A stretch of 51,779 bases of DNA from the NCBI GenBank assembly GCA_007129405.1, contig SKVN01000054.1, forward strand, positions 1 to 51,779. Reading direction: 5' to 3'. Under the pieces are notes generated by a model. The model was not told the DNA's origin. It ran no database searches and was given only the letters and a program-made list of their open reading frames with translations. Of this stretch, positions 18,158 through 27,088 are shown piece after piece. The position numbers and the translations under genes are program-made. The stretch comes from Kiritimatiellia bacterium (lineage in GTDB: Bacteria > Verrucomicrobiota > Kiritimatiellia > UBA8416). The number at the start of each line of letters is the position of its first letter. Positions within the stretch are counted from its first letter, which is position 1.

Positions 18158-18825
18158 AGGTAGCCGATATTCCTTTTGTCAACCGCAAACTCAAAAAGCA
18201 CTATGCGGAGGCGCAACATGCTCCCGTCATCGAATTCATGCGGGTGCAGTCTGGAACACCATTCCGAATTCTGGTTGCAACGATACTCAGTGCGCGAACA
18301 AAAGATGAAACAACATCTGCCGTCGTAAAGCACCTTTTCTCTCATATTGCAACGCCGGAAGATCTAGCAGCAGCATCCATCGAAAACGTAACAGAATGGA
18401 TCTTCCCGGTGGGTTTTTATCGCACAAAGGCCAAATACCTGAAAGAGTTGGCACAAGTGCTTCTAGACCAATACGACGGCGAGGTGCCGAAAACCGTCGA
18501 TGAACTTTGCAAACTACCAGGCGTTGGACGGAAAACAGCAAATCTGGTGGTTACGGCAGCTTTTAATGACTACGGTATATGCGTTGACATTCACGTGCAT
18601 CGAATCTGCAACCGTCTGGGGTTATTGAAAACCAAAACACCACATGAAACAGAGATGGCATTGCGAGAATGTTTGCCCAAACGCTACTGGAAAGGCTGGA
18701 ATCGCTTTATTGTTGCCTTTGGACAGACACGCTGTACGCCTCGTAACCCCAACTGCCATGATTGCCCGCTACAAACCGTCTGTGACCGTGTGGGGGTTAC
18801 AACCACCAGAAAGCAATCAGCATGA
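18154..18825 (+). CDS. nth: Endonuclease III
   Basis: HhH-GPD motif LPGVGRKTANLV. [4Fe-4S] cluster loop CTPRNPNCHDCPLQTVC. Confidence 0.9.
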   Translation: MKVADIPFVNRKLKKHYAEAQHAPVIEFMRVQSGTPFRILVATILSARTKDETTSAVVKHLFSHIATPEDLAAASIENVTEWIFPVGFYRTKAKYLKELAQVLLDQYDGEVPKTVDELCKLPGVGRKTANLVVTAAFNDYGICVDIHVHRICNRLGLLKTKTPHETEMALRECLPKRYWKGWNRFIVAFGQTRCTPRNPNCHDCPLQTVCDRVGVTTTRKQSA

Positions 18826-19589
18826 TCGCAAAGACGGAAGCCATACCCATTCGCATTGCAACGTATGGAGGAACCTCTCATATCGTTACGTGGCTGACTC
18901 CGGAATATGGCAAAATAAGTACAGCAATCAAGGGGGCACAACGACCTAAGCGCATTGGCGGCGGACAGTACGACCTAGGCTACCTTTGCGAACTACTTTT
19001 CTACGAACGTGAATCGAACGGACTACATACCTTTAAAGACTGCGTCGCCCTTGAATCCCGATTATCCCTAAGAGGTAAATGGCAAGAAACAGCACTGTTG
19101 AGCTACTTCTGCCTTCTCGCGGGAAACGGAACATTTCCATTTGTAAAAAATTCCGCTCTCTACCAGAAACTTTTGCTGGCGCTGCAGGCTCTGGATCACC
19201 CCCCCTTTATACATCTGATGCTTTGGTTTGAACTCCAGCTTCTGGCTCTACATGGCACGGCCCCGCAACTTAAACACTGCACGATCTGCCATTGTTCCCC
19301 GACGACCATTCCACTATTATCCTCCAAAGCTGGAGGCGTTGTCTGCCCCCCCTGCAATACCAAACGAAACCTTGAAGCATATTGCGTGACCCCAGATACG
19401 CTACATTTCCTGCAAGTATTACAAAGACTCCGCAAACCACTGCCCCTTACAAGCGCAAAACGGCACCAGCACATGTCAGATCAAAGTATTGTTGCCATCG
19501 GACATTTTATTGGGCGATGGATGGATATATCCCTTCGCGCACGGAACATTGCAGTTCAAATGGCAACGCTCCAATTCAAAAAAAAATAA
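18822..19589 (+). CDS. recO: DNA repair protein RecO
   Basis: 255 aa. OB-fold N-terminus plus zinc motif CxxC...CxxC (CTICHC ... CPPC). ATGA overlap with nth. Confidence 0.75.
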   Translation: MIAKTEAIPIRIATYGGTSHIVTWLTPEYGKISTAIKGAQRPKRIGGGQYDLGYLCELLFYERESNGLHTFKDCVALESRLSLRGKWQETALLSYFCLLAGNGTFPFVKNSALYQKLLLALQALDHPPFIHLMLWFELQLLALHGTAPQLKHCTICHCSPTTIPLLSSKAGGVVCPPCNTKRNLEAYCVTPDTLHFLQVLQRLRKPLPLTSAKRHQHMSDQSIVAIGHFIGRWMDISLRARNIAVQMATLQFKKK

Positions 19590-19632
19590 TGGATGCCTTT
19601 TTGTTTCTTGTAAAAAAGTGCTGGCATAAAAT

Positions 19633-19661
19633 ATACACATTGTATAATACATTATGTGTAT
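19633..19661. promoter_or_regulatory. Near-perfect 29-nt palindrome overlapping a TATAAT box; candidate operator of the downstream XRE regulator
   Basis: ATACACAT-TGTATAATACATT-ATGTGTAT. The arms are at 19633-19640 and 19654-19661. TATAAT lies at 19643-19648. Confidence 0.35.
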
Positions 19662-19683
19662 AGAAAGGAGTTACAAAACAACC

Positions 19684-19968
19684 ATGACATTTTCAACGAG
19701 TAGAACTAAAAAAGAGAGGTTAGAGTTATCAACGGCAGAACGATTCGGAAAACGGCTGCGCTTGTGGCGTCGTGCAGAAGGGTTGCCCCTTAAACGTGTT
19801 TCTCACGATCTGGATGTTTCGGTATCTGTGGTTAGCCAATGGGAGCGAGGTCTGCGTTTTCCTTCGGTCAAAAACCTAGACCGGATTGCACAATATATGG
19901 ATATCCCTGTGTGCAGCTTACTGTATGAAGGCAAAAATGACTGTCCGCATCGGACGCTTGACAATTAA
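19684..19968 (+). CDS. XRE-family helix-turn-helix transcriptional regulator
   Basis: HTH_3-like segment LKRVSHDLDVSVSVVSQWERGLRFPSVKNLDRIAQYM. ATG 19684 is preferred (AAAGGAG upstream). Confidence 0.7.
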   Translation: MTFSTSRTKKERLELSTAERFGKRLRLWRRAEGLPLKRVSHDLDVSVSVVSQWERGLRFPSVKNLDRIAQYMDIPVCSLLYEGKNDCPHRTLDN

Positions 19969-20012
19969 TATTTCACATCGGTTTTTGGAAACAGACTTAC
20001 TACTGCACATGC

Positions 20013-20516
20013 ATGCCGCTTGAAATTGAACGTAAATTCCTGATCTCCGAGATACCAACTGCTGTTCACAGCCCAATGGAAATACGGCAGGCCTATCTGC
20101 AATCCAATCCAACAAGATCCGTGCGTGTGCGAATTACGGAAAAATGCAATTGTACTCCAGTTGCACATCTTGCCATCAAAGGGCCGACTGAGACGGGACA
20201 TTTCGCACGTCAAGAGTTTGAATATCAGATCCCCGTCACTGAAGCACAAGAGATCATACGGCTTTGTGACCATACCCCCATTCACAAAACACGCTATCTG
20301 TATAATCACGAAAACCGCCGATGGGAGGTAGATGTATTTCATGGCGCGAATACGGGGCTTTGTATAGCTGAGATTGAACTTGAAGCAGAAACGGAATCGA
20401 TTACGCTCCCCGCGTTCATACACCGCGAAGTAACGGGTGATCCGCGCTACTTCAATCTTTCCTTGGCATATAACCCATACACACAATGGGATACCCTAGA
20501 AAGGAGCAACATATGA
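20013..20516 (+). CDS. CYTH-domain protein (triphosphate tunnel metalloenzyme / class IV adenylyl cyclase family)
   Basis: N-terminal EIERKFL signature and acidic beta-strand pattern (EIELE); 167 aa. Confidence 0.8.
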   Translation: MPLEIERKFLISEIPTAVHSPMEIRQAYLQSNPTRSVRVRITEKCNCTPVAHLAIKGPTETGHFARQEFEYQIPVTEAQEIIRLCDHTPIHKTRYLYNHENRRWEVDVFHGANTGLCIAEIELEAETESITLPAFIHREVTGDPRYFNLSLAYNPYTQWDTLERSNI

Positions 20517-20794
20517 TCACGCACATTGTATTGTGGAAAGTAAAACAGCAGGAAGACATTTCATCTATCCGAAAAGCACTGGAGTCACTCCCGGAACGCG
20601 TCCTCGGCATCAAGCGACTCGTCGTAGGTGTTCCCGAGAATCCAAGCGGCCCCATGGCCGATATATCACTGTATTCTGAGTTTGAAGCCTGGGATGATCT
20701 GCGTGCATATCAAGTACACCCAGAGCACCAGAAAGTCGTTGAATTTCTCAAAACGCGTGTCACAGAAAGGCACGTATCCGACTACGAGTCCTAG
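20513..20794 (+). CDS. Dabb (stress-responsive alpha+beta barrel) domain protein
   Basis: Starts MITHIVLWKVK and ends YQVHPEHQKVVEF. ATGA overlap with the CYTH gene. Confidence 0.75.
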   Translation: MITHIVLWKVKQQEDISSIRKALESLPERVLGIKRLVVGVPENPSGPMADISLYSEFEAWDDLRAYQVHPEHQKVVEFLKTRVTERHVSDYES

Positions 20795-20859
20795 CCGCTG
20801 CCATCGAAATACAAAGGCGCAGAGACTTGACCTCAGAAACAGCGATAAGTAACAAAAAA

Positions 20860-20884
20860 GGCTTGGCCACAAAATGACCAAGCC
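20860..20884. terminator. Hairpin between convergent genes. It is a good terminator for the minus-strand gene (followed by CTTTTTTGTT on that strand) and weaker for the plus strand
   Basis: GGCTTGG-11 nt loop-CCAAGCC, flanked by an A6 run and CTTTCT. Confidence 0.5.
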
Positions 20885-20908
20885 CTTTCTATGTAAGAAC
20901 TTTTGAGA

Positions 20909-21526
20909 TTATTCGTATTTCACGGTACAACCATAAGGCGTTGTATGCGTATTTTCTACGTCTTCGCCTGCCAGCAAGGCATGTACGGCAGCCTTGACAT
21001 AATTATCCGCCTTCTCAATATCATCCGGATTGACAGAGCGTATGCTATCGATGGCTCCCTGATAGGCAATACGACCCTCTGAATCGATGACATACATATG
21101 GGGCGTTACACGAGCTCCATACGTCCGTCCCACATCACCACTCTCATCGAGCAAAACAGGGGCTACCACATTCCAGGCTTCAATACGTTGCTTCCAAACT
21201 TCTTGCGTAAAGTTTCCCTGCGTTCCGGGCGCAGACGAACAAATCGTCAACCAAACAACACCGTTCTCTGCCATCTCGCTTTGCATCGCCTGCATAACAC
21301 CGGGATTGTAGAATTTTCGAACAAATGGACAATCATAGTTGGTCCATTCCAACACAATAATGCTGCCCAGATGATCATGCAATGTGTGCTTGTTCCCCTG
21401 GACATCTGTTAACGTGAAATCGGGAGCGGCTGCCCCTGTCTCAACTGCGGCAGTCGCAACTCCCGCATGAAATGCGCCAACGACCATACTAGCTACAACT
21501 ATGCGTTTCAATTTTGTTAACGCCAT
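20909..21526 (-). CDS. Secreted thioredoxin-fold, peroxiredoxin-like protein
   Basis: Signal peptide. Single conserved Cys context WTNYDCPFVRKFY and redoxin-like core. Confidence 0.65.
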   Translation of the reverse strand: MALTKLKRIVVASMVVGAFHAGVATAAVETGAAAPDFTLTDVQGNKHTLHDHLGSIIVLEWTNYDCPFVRKFYNPGVMQAMQSEMAENGVVWLTICSSAPGTQGNFTQEVWKQRIEAWNVVAPVLLDESGDVGRTYGARVTPHMYVIDSEGRIAYQGAIDSIRSVNPDDIEKADNYVKAAVHALLAGEDVENTHTTPYGCTVKYE

Positions 21527-21556
21527 CTGTACTCCTCCTTGGTTTTGTTTGCGAAC

Positions 21557-22102
21557 TTAGTCCGCATTCTCTTCTTTACTCCATCCGCCCGCCTGGAGTA
21601 GTTCATCCCACCCTTCTGCTTCCTGGAGCTGCTCACCCTCAGGTGCCTGCGGCAGCATCAAAGTCACGCGGTCATGAAATGGTAAACACAAGTCCTTGCA
21701 GATCATCCAAAAAACCCGAAAAACGCCCTTAAACTGCACGTTCTCGGGAATTTCCTGCGGTATGGTAATTACGTTCAGCAAAACTACTTCTTCTGTAAAT
21801 CCATAATATGTACCTACAGAATCGGCAAACGTCTTGTGCGGAGGAAACTTCCACTCCCCTATTTCAACACCTTCCGGGGCGTGAAACCTTATATCAGGAG
21901 GCATTCCGGCATCACCAGGGTCTTCCGCATATGTATACCAACCTTCGGGGACTTCTATCCGAAGCGCAATCGGTATCGCAGCACCGGGTTTGAACGTCTT
22001 TACGGCAGAATGTATAGAAATACTTGATTTGATTACTTCGGCGTAAACATCTTGCAACATCAATGCGCCTACGGCAGCAAGCAATACAAACATGTGCTTC
22101 AT
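21557..22102 (-). CDS. Secreted DsbD N-terminal (alpha) domain-like protein
   Basis: Signal peptide. GWYTYAEDPGDAGMPP ... EWKFPP and Cys pair ICKDLCLP match the DsbD-alpha / PF11412 pattern. Confidence 0.6.
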   Translation of the reverse strand: MKHMFVLLAAVGALMLQDVYAEVIKSSISIHSAVKTFKPGAAIPIALRIEVPEGWYTYAEDPGDAGMPPDIRFHAPEGVEIGEWKFPPHKTFADSVGTYYGFTEEVVLLNVITIPQEIPENVQFKGVFRVFWMICKDLCLPFHDRVTLMLPQAPEGEQLQEAEGWDELLQAGGWSKEENAD

Positions 22103-22201
22103 CCTAAACCTCCCCTATACCTTTTTTGTGAATCGTCCAAAGGAAAAAATCCTTACAATGCAAAAACTTTACATACAAATACCATTTTGAAACTCTGCTT
22201 G

Positions 22202-22229
22202 ATTATACCATCGAATTCGCGAGACACAA
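22202..22229 (-). promoter_or_regulatory. Candidate extended -10 promoter (TTGTGT-16 nt-TGGTATAAT on the minus strand) for the redox gene pair
   Basis: Reverse complement of 22202-22229. Confidence 0.35.
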
Positions 22230-22262
22230 GATCTGTAAAACGCCCAACTCGTTGTCCATGCA

Positions 22263-23297
22263 CTATGAACCGCGCAATGGATACAGTTCTGACCAAGGGC
22301 GCGTTTGCCGGGCTATCACTGTATCTACCATGGCACGCACTTCATCACACGAAGAGAGGGTACTGAATCGACGCCGCATGTCAGCCCAGTGCTCGAGCCC
22401 TGCCAGATATTGAATCAAATGACAACGAAATTGCAGAGCCGCAGCCCGATCAGCGTCTACCAAGGTCCTGCGCCGCCATAGCCTTCCTTTCTGTTTTAAA
22501 GCAAGCAAGGCGTCCAAGTGCAGATGGACGACTTCCCGTAGGTCCGCATAGTCACGATCTGGAATAACGTCATTATGCAACAGAGTTTCTGCATCTGACA
22601 AAATCCAGGGATTACCCACAGCCCCACGCGCCACCATAACCGCATCAACACCATACGTGTGCAAGGCATCGACGGCCTGTTCCGCTGTTTTTATACCCCC
22701 ATTCCCAATAATAGGAACCGAAGCACGCTCTTTTACGGTAGCGATTAAATTCCAGTCTGCATTCCCCTTGTGGTGCTGATCGGCATATCGACCATGAATG
22801 ACCAATCCCGCCGCGCCGCTATTCTCCACATGCTTCAGTATCTCCATGATCTGCACTTTGCCAAAGTCATAACCTATCCGTGTTTTAACCGTAACCGGTA
22901 TAGTTACCGCGGATGTAACCGCTTCTACAATAGCTCCTATTTGCATGGGATCACGAATCAAAGCTGCCCCGGCGCCCTTGGAAACTATTTTGCGCACGGG
23001 GCACCCGCAATTGATATCGATTGCAGCAAAACAACCTTTTGCCTCCATCATTTGCGCTGCCGCTGCCATGGCTGCTGGATCAGCACCATAGATATGCCCC
23101 GCAACAGGTTGCTCATCACGATCACAGGCGAGCAAATGCCATGAGGGGACCGCATTTCTGATAATCCCTTGGGCAACTGTCACCTCGGTATAAAACAAAC
23201 CCGTGCCAAAACGACGAAAAACCTTACGCATGGCCTGGTCGGTATATCCGGCCATCGGGGCTAACCAAAAGGGCGCTATGGAAGTAATTTTTTGCAA
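22263..23297 (-). CDS. dus: tRNA-dihydrouridine synthase
   Basis: LAPMAGYTD, catalytic CGCP, and TIM-barrel FMN motifs (VTVKTRIG, VHGR). Confidence 0.9.
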   Translation of the reverse strand: MQKITSIAPFWLAPMAGYTDQAMRKVFRRFGTGLFYTEVTVAQGIIRNAVPSWHLLACDRDEQPVAGHIYGADPAAMAAAAQMMEAKGCFAAIDINCGCPVRKIVSKGAGAALIRDPMQIGAIVEAVTSAVTIPVTVKTRIGYDFGKVQIMEILKHVENSGAAGLVIHGRYADQHHKGNADWNLIATVKERASVPIIGNGGIKTAEQAVDALHTYGVDAVMVARGAVGNPWILSDAETLLHNDVIPDRDYADLREVVHLHLDALLALKQKGRLWRRRTLVDADRAAALQFRCHLIQYLAGLEHWADMRRRFSTLSSCDEVRAMVDTVIARQTRPWSELYPLRGS

Positions 23298-23851
23298 AAC
23301 AAAAGCTCCTGGATTCGCTCCAAAGGCAACCCCATAACGTTCGTCCGCGACCCTGTATAAGATTCGACAAGTAAATCCCCGCTCTCATCAATGTCATAAG
23401 CTCCAGCACGATCATATGGCTGCACACGATCAAGATACACACGAATATCTTCAGCGGAAAGCCGTTTGAACGTAACCCAAGATGTCACGACACCACATGA
23501 TGCAACCGGCGGATCGCCTTCCTCCGCGCGAGCCAACACATATCCGGTATGTACAGCCTGCAACCTTCCTGACTCACGGTGCAGCATCATTTCTGCCTCA
23601 GCACGGCTACGTGGCTTGCCTAGTATCTCTCCATCAATTTCTACCGCTGTATCCGCCGTCAAAATCAAAGCATCCGGTTCCCGCTCGCAACACCAGCGCC
23701 ATTTGCGTAAAGCATTTTCCTGCACCAAGTCGCGAGGCAACATGCCGCTAGACAATTCGTCGACCATCGGGTGCATACACCGAAAAGGAAAACCTAGCGT
23801 TGCGAACAACCGGCGACGACGAGGCGATTGAGAAGCCAGAATCATATTCAC
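23276..23851 (-). CDS. maf: Maf-family nucleoside triphosphate pyrophosphatase
   Basis: ILASQSPRRRRLF and GAYDID motifs. Confidence 0.85.
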   Translation of the reverse strand: MNMILASQSPRRRRLFATLGFPFRCMHPMVDELSSGMLPRDLVQENALRKWRWCCEREPDALILTADTAVEIDGEILGKPRSRAEAEMMLHRESGRLQAVHTGYVLARAEEGDPPVASCGVVTSWVTFKRLSAEDIRVYLDRVQPYDRAGAYDIDESGDLLVESYTGSRTNVMGLPLERIQELLFCKKLLP

Positions 23852-23928
23852 GTTTCACCTCGTTCTCGTTTCGTAAAAAATGCGCACGATGCGGCGACAC
23901 ACAATTACCTACGCAAGAACACCCACTT

Positions 23929-24369
23929 TTACTGCTTTTGCAAATATGCCCGGAAACCAGAAAACCCTTTGTAATCCTCGACTTCACGCGCATGCAAGTA
24001 GGCATAAAACTGTTCAATACGTTTCAGCAAGACGGGATCCATCACATGTTCCATACGACAGGCATTAGCATCTGCCACGTCATCGGCAAGAAGCAGTACA
24101 TCTCGCAAGAAGCGGCTTAATAAATCATGCCGCCCCGCCACTCGTTGTGCTGCGCGCCGGCCAGCCTCCTTTAGCTCGATTCGTCCGTACGGTTCATAAT
24201 CAATCAACCCTTTATCGGTTAGCATTTTCAGCGCAGCGGTTACGGTAGATTTGTGAACACCGAGCTTTAGCGCTAGATCACGCACACGTGCCCGCCCCTG
24301 CTCAGCCTCTAATGTCATGATCGCCTCAAGATAATCTTCCTGTGCCGCTGATATATGCGAATCATCCAT
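23929..24369 (-). CDS. DtxR/MntR-family metal-dependent transcriptional regulator
   Basis: EDYLEAI, winged-helix ARVRDLALKLGVHKSTVTAALKML, and a metal-binding/dimerisation region. Confidence 0.85.
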   Translation of the reverse strand: MDDSHISAAQEDYLEAIMTLEAEQGRARVRDLALKLGVHKSTVTAALKMLTDKGLIDYEPYGRIELKEAGRRAAQRVAGRHDLLSRFLRDVLLLADDVADANACRMEHVMDPVLLKRIEQFYAYLHAREVEDYKGFSGFRAYLQKQ

Positions 24370-24428
24370 AATATCTATCTTTCAGTTGAGGAGAAACGAA
24401 AACTTTTCTGGCACAATTTATAAAATGA

Positions 24429-24443
24429 TTGCATAAAATGCAA
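24429..24443. promoter_or_regulatory. 15-nt palindrome TTGCAT-AAA-ATGCAA upstream of the DtxR/MntR gene; candidate autoregulatory operator
   Basis: Exact inverted hexamers 60-75 nt upstream of start codon 24369, in AT-rich DNA. Confidence 0.3.
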
Positions 24444-24507
24444 AGCCTCTTGGGATATAGGAAACAGCAATTTGGGGTGCCAACGAGGCGTTAAAACGTC
24501 ACGAAGG

Positions 24508-25533
24508 TCACACATTAAAGAGAAAATGGCACACATCACCATCTTCCAGAACATAGTCACGTCCCTTGGTGAGCATCTTGCCCTGTTCTTTCGCTGCCGC
24601 TTCAGAACCGGTCGCCATCAAATCGTCATACTTAATCACCTCAACGCGGATAAACCCACGTTCAATGTCACTATGGATTTTCCCACCTGCCACGGGCGCT
24701 GGCGACCCTTTTCGAATCGTCCAGGCACGGCACTCATCTTTTCCCGCCGTATAAAATGACATCAACCCCTGGGCATCATAAGCAGCCGCATTAAAACGAT
24801 CTAACCCACTTTCACAAAGCCCCAGACTCTCGAGAAATTCCGTGCGCTCTGATGCATCTTCCATGGATGCAATTTCCTGTTCAATCAGACAAGAGACAGC
24901 TAACCGCCCATTTTCGCCCTCTGTCCGCCCCTCGGAAACATTTTCCACAACCAAGACTGGCAACATCGTCAGCAATCCCAAACTCCGAATGGCGTTTAAT
25001 CCATCCTGTCCAAGTTCAGCATCGCGCAACACCACGCCTGCTTCCAATTGCTGCATACAGGCCTGTAGCGTAGATTGCTCCAGCTTCTGTTGCGTCGAAA
25101 GGCCCGCCTTAGCCTCTTTTTCAAGACGCGCCAAGCGCTTTTCAACGAGTTCCATATCAGCAAAAAGCAATTCTGTACGTAATTCTTCTTCGTCTCGGTC
25201 CACATTGACGCTCCCTGTCGGGTGGTATACCTGATCAGAGTCAAAAGAACGCACAACCAAACACAATAAATCGCAACGGCGAGCAGCATCTAACCATGCG
25301 CGCGACGCACCTCCAGATACAGCATCCGGACATAATACAAAATGATTGTCGGCGTAAACGGTACGCTTGGAGGAAAACAAAGCATGCAACTGATCCACCC
25401 GCGCATCACGAATCGGGGCAATCCCCTCAACGACTTCTCCTGGCTTTCGTGCTTCAGAAACCACGCGTCCGGTCAACAAGGAAAATAATGTCTTTTTCCC
25501 TGCTTGCGGGAGACCGATCAATGCTATCTTCAT
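24508..25533 (-). CDS. ychF: YchF/OLA1-family P-loop NTPase, divergent
   Basis: G1 GLPQAGKKT, YchF-type ENVSE, and C-terminal RAWTIRKGSPAPVAGGKIHSDIERGFIR. The usual DIAGLV switch segment is not recognisable. Confidence 0.7.
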   Translation of the reverse strand: MKIALIGLPQAGKKTLFSLLTGRVVSEARKPGEVVEGIAPIRDARVDQLHALFSSKRTVYADNHFVLCPDAVSGGASRAWLDAARRCDLLCLVVRSFDSDQVYHPTGSVNVDRDEEELRTELLFADMELVEKRLARLEKEAKAGLSTQQKLEQSTLQACMQQLEAGVVLRDAELGQDGLNAIRSLGLLTMLPVLVVENVSEGRTEGENGRLAVSCLIEQEIASMEDASERTEFLESLGLCESGLDRFNAAAYDAQGLMSFYTAGKDECRAWTIRKGSPAPVAGGKIHSDIERGFIRVEVIKYDDLMATGSEAAAKEQGKMLTKGRDYVLEDGDVCHFLFNV

Positions 25534-25536
25534 GGT

Positions 25537-25992
25537 TCAGGACTTCTGCTTCCCAACGTCTTCACCCTGTACAGCTTCGGTCAACTGGCGAAACGAATCT
25601 GTTAACGCCTGCAAGGCCGATTCCATCAAACCAAGGCGCTCATCCACCGCAGCACGTTGCCAACGCTGCTGGGTTTGTTCACGTTCAAGCTCATCTCGAC
25701 GCTGTAACAGATCTTCAACAGCATTTTCAAGCCCGAGAATACGCTCCTGCGCGTGATGTAAAGACCGACGTAAATGTATCACACGGAGTTCTTGATCCTC
25801 TGACGAACTATCAACATCTGCAAGCTCCATACCCTCTGGAATTGGAACTTCTATATCATTCCCGCAATCCGAACAAGTAATGGTGAGGCCAGCACCACGG
25901 TAGTCAATTGCTAGACTTTTACTACAATGCGGACAGTCAAAGACAATGTCGGTATCTTTGATCTCGTCTTCCAATTCGGGAATTTCCCCCAT
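25537..25992 (-). CDS. Zinc-ribbon plus coiled-coil protein, function unknown
   Basis: CPHC...17 aa...CSDC followed by a heptad-rich acidic/basic helix. 3-nt gap to ychF. Confidence 0.5.
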   Translation of the reverse strand: MGEIPELEDEIKDTDIVFDCPHCSKSLAIDYRGAGLTITCSDCGNDIEVPIPEGMELADVDSSSEDQELRVIHLRRSLHHAQERILGLENAVEDLLQRRDELEREQTQQRWQRAAVDERLGLMESALQALTDSFRQLTEAVQGEDVGKQKS

Positions 25993-26059
25993 TACCTATG
26001 CCTCCGAACAAACCTCGGCTTATCAAAAACTTAAAACGTTCCTGACAGAAATAACACTC

Positions 26060-26296
26060 TTACAAGCTGGTCGGCTTCACAATTTTACCGGCGCGTATAC
26101 ACGATGCGCAAACATTAACCCTCCGCGACACACCATCCACAATCGCCCGGACACGCTGTATGTTTGGCAAAAAACGCCTACGTGTAATGCCCGTCGTATG
26201 TAAACCAATGCCACCTTTGCTTTTACGCAAACCCTTACGGATTATCCGATTACCCGACACGGGGCCTTTACCGCACATTTCACAAACTCTTGCCAT
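26060..26296 (-). CDS. rpmB: 50S ribosomal protein L28
   Basis: Starts MARVCEMCGKGPVSGNRI; 78 aa; GGAGGG RBS. Confidence 0.9.
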   Translation of the reverse strand: MARVCEMCGKGPVSGNRIIRKGLRKSKGGIGLHTTGITRRRFLPNIQRVRAIVDGVSRRVNVCASCIRAGKIVKPTSL

Positions 26297-26425
26297 AATT
26301 CATCCCTCCAAAAAGATATTTACTTTACGCGAAAGAAGCATCACGATGCAAGTATAAACTTTTATGAAAATCCTTACAGGACAAGAAACCAGAAAAATAC
26401 TTGCAAAATCCCACCATCCCCAAGG

Positions 26426-27088
26426 CTAACGCAACGATGCATTAGCATGAATCTTCTGGGCATGTAATTCAACCCAATCCAGTATTTTCTTGGCAACCTC
26501 GTGTTTGGATTGCAGAGGCAGTTCGCATATTGCCCCCGTTTTATCGATGAGCGTGACAGCATTAGAGTCGGCACCAAATCCAGCATCTGATCGGCTCACG
26601 TCATTCGCGACAATTAAGTCCATGCCCTTGCGGTCCAGTTTATCACGCGCATACGAAAGTATATCATGCGTTTCGGCAGCAAATCCAACGATGATTTGTT
26701 CGGGACGCCGTATCCGCTGAACCGCTTCTAAAATATCCGCCGTTCGCACCAACGGCAATGTCGACTGCATCGCATTTTTCTTCAACTTATGGCGCGAAAC
26801 TTCACATGGACGCCAATCAGCCACCGCTGCACACATAACCAAGACATCCATATCCGGAAGTTGTTCCAGCACGAGATCATGCATCTCTTGGGCAGTTGTA
26901 ATCCGGCTACATACGATACTCGCCGGTGACGAAATTGACACAGGCCCGCTTATAAGCTGCACATCGTGACCTCGAAGCCTGGCCACATCAGCTATGGCAT
27001 ACCCCATTTTCCCCGTTGAACGATTACTTAAAAACCGCACGGGATCCAAGTGTTCGCGCGTAGGTCCTGCTGTTACCAGTATTTTCAT
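26426..27088 (-). CDS. coaB: Phosphopantothenate-cysteine ligase, stand-alone CoaB domain
   Basis: Starts MKILVTAGPTREHLDPVRFLSNRSTGKMG. Only 220 aa, with no CoaC flavoprotein domain. Confidence 0.85.
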   Translation of the reverse strand: MKILVTAGPTREHLDPVRFLSNRSTGKMGYAIADVARLRGHDVQLISGPVSISSPASIVCSRITTAQEMHDLVLEQLPDMDVLVMCAAVADWRPCEVSRHKLKKNAMQSTLPLVRTADILEAVQRIRRPEQIIVGFAAETHDILSYARDKLDRKGMDLIVANDVSRSDAGFGADSNAVTLIDKTGAICELPLQSKHEVAKKILDWVELHAQKIHANASLR

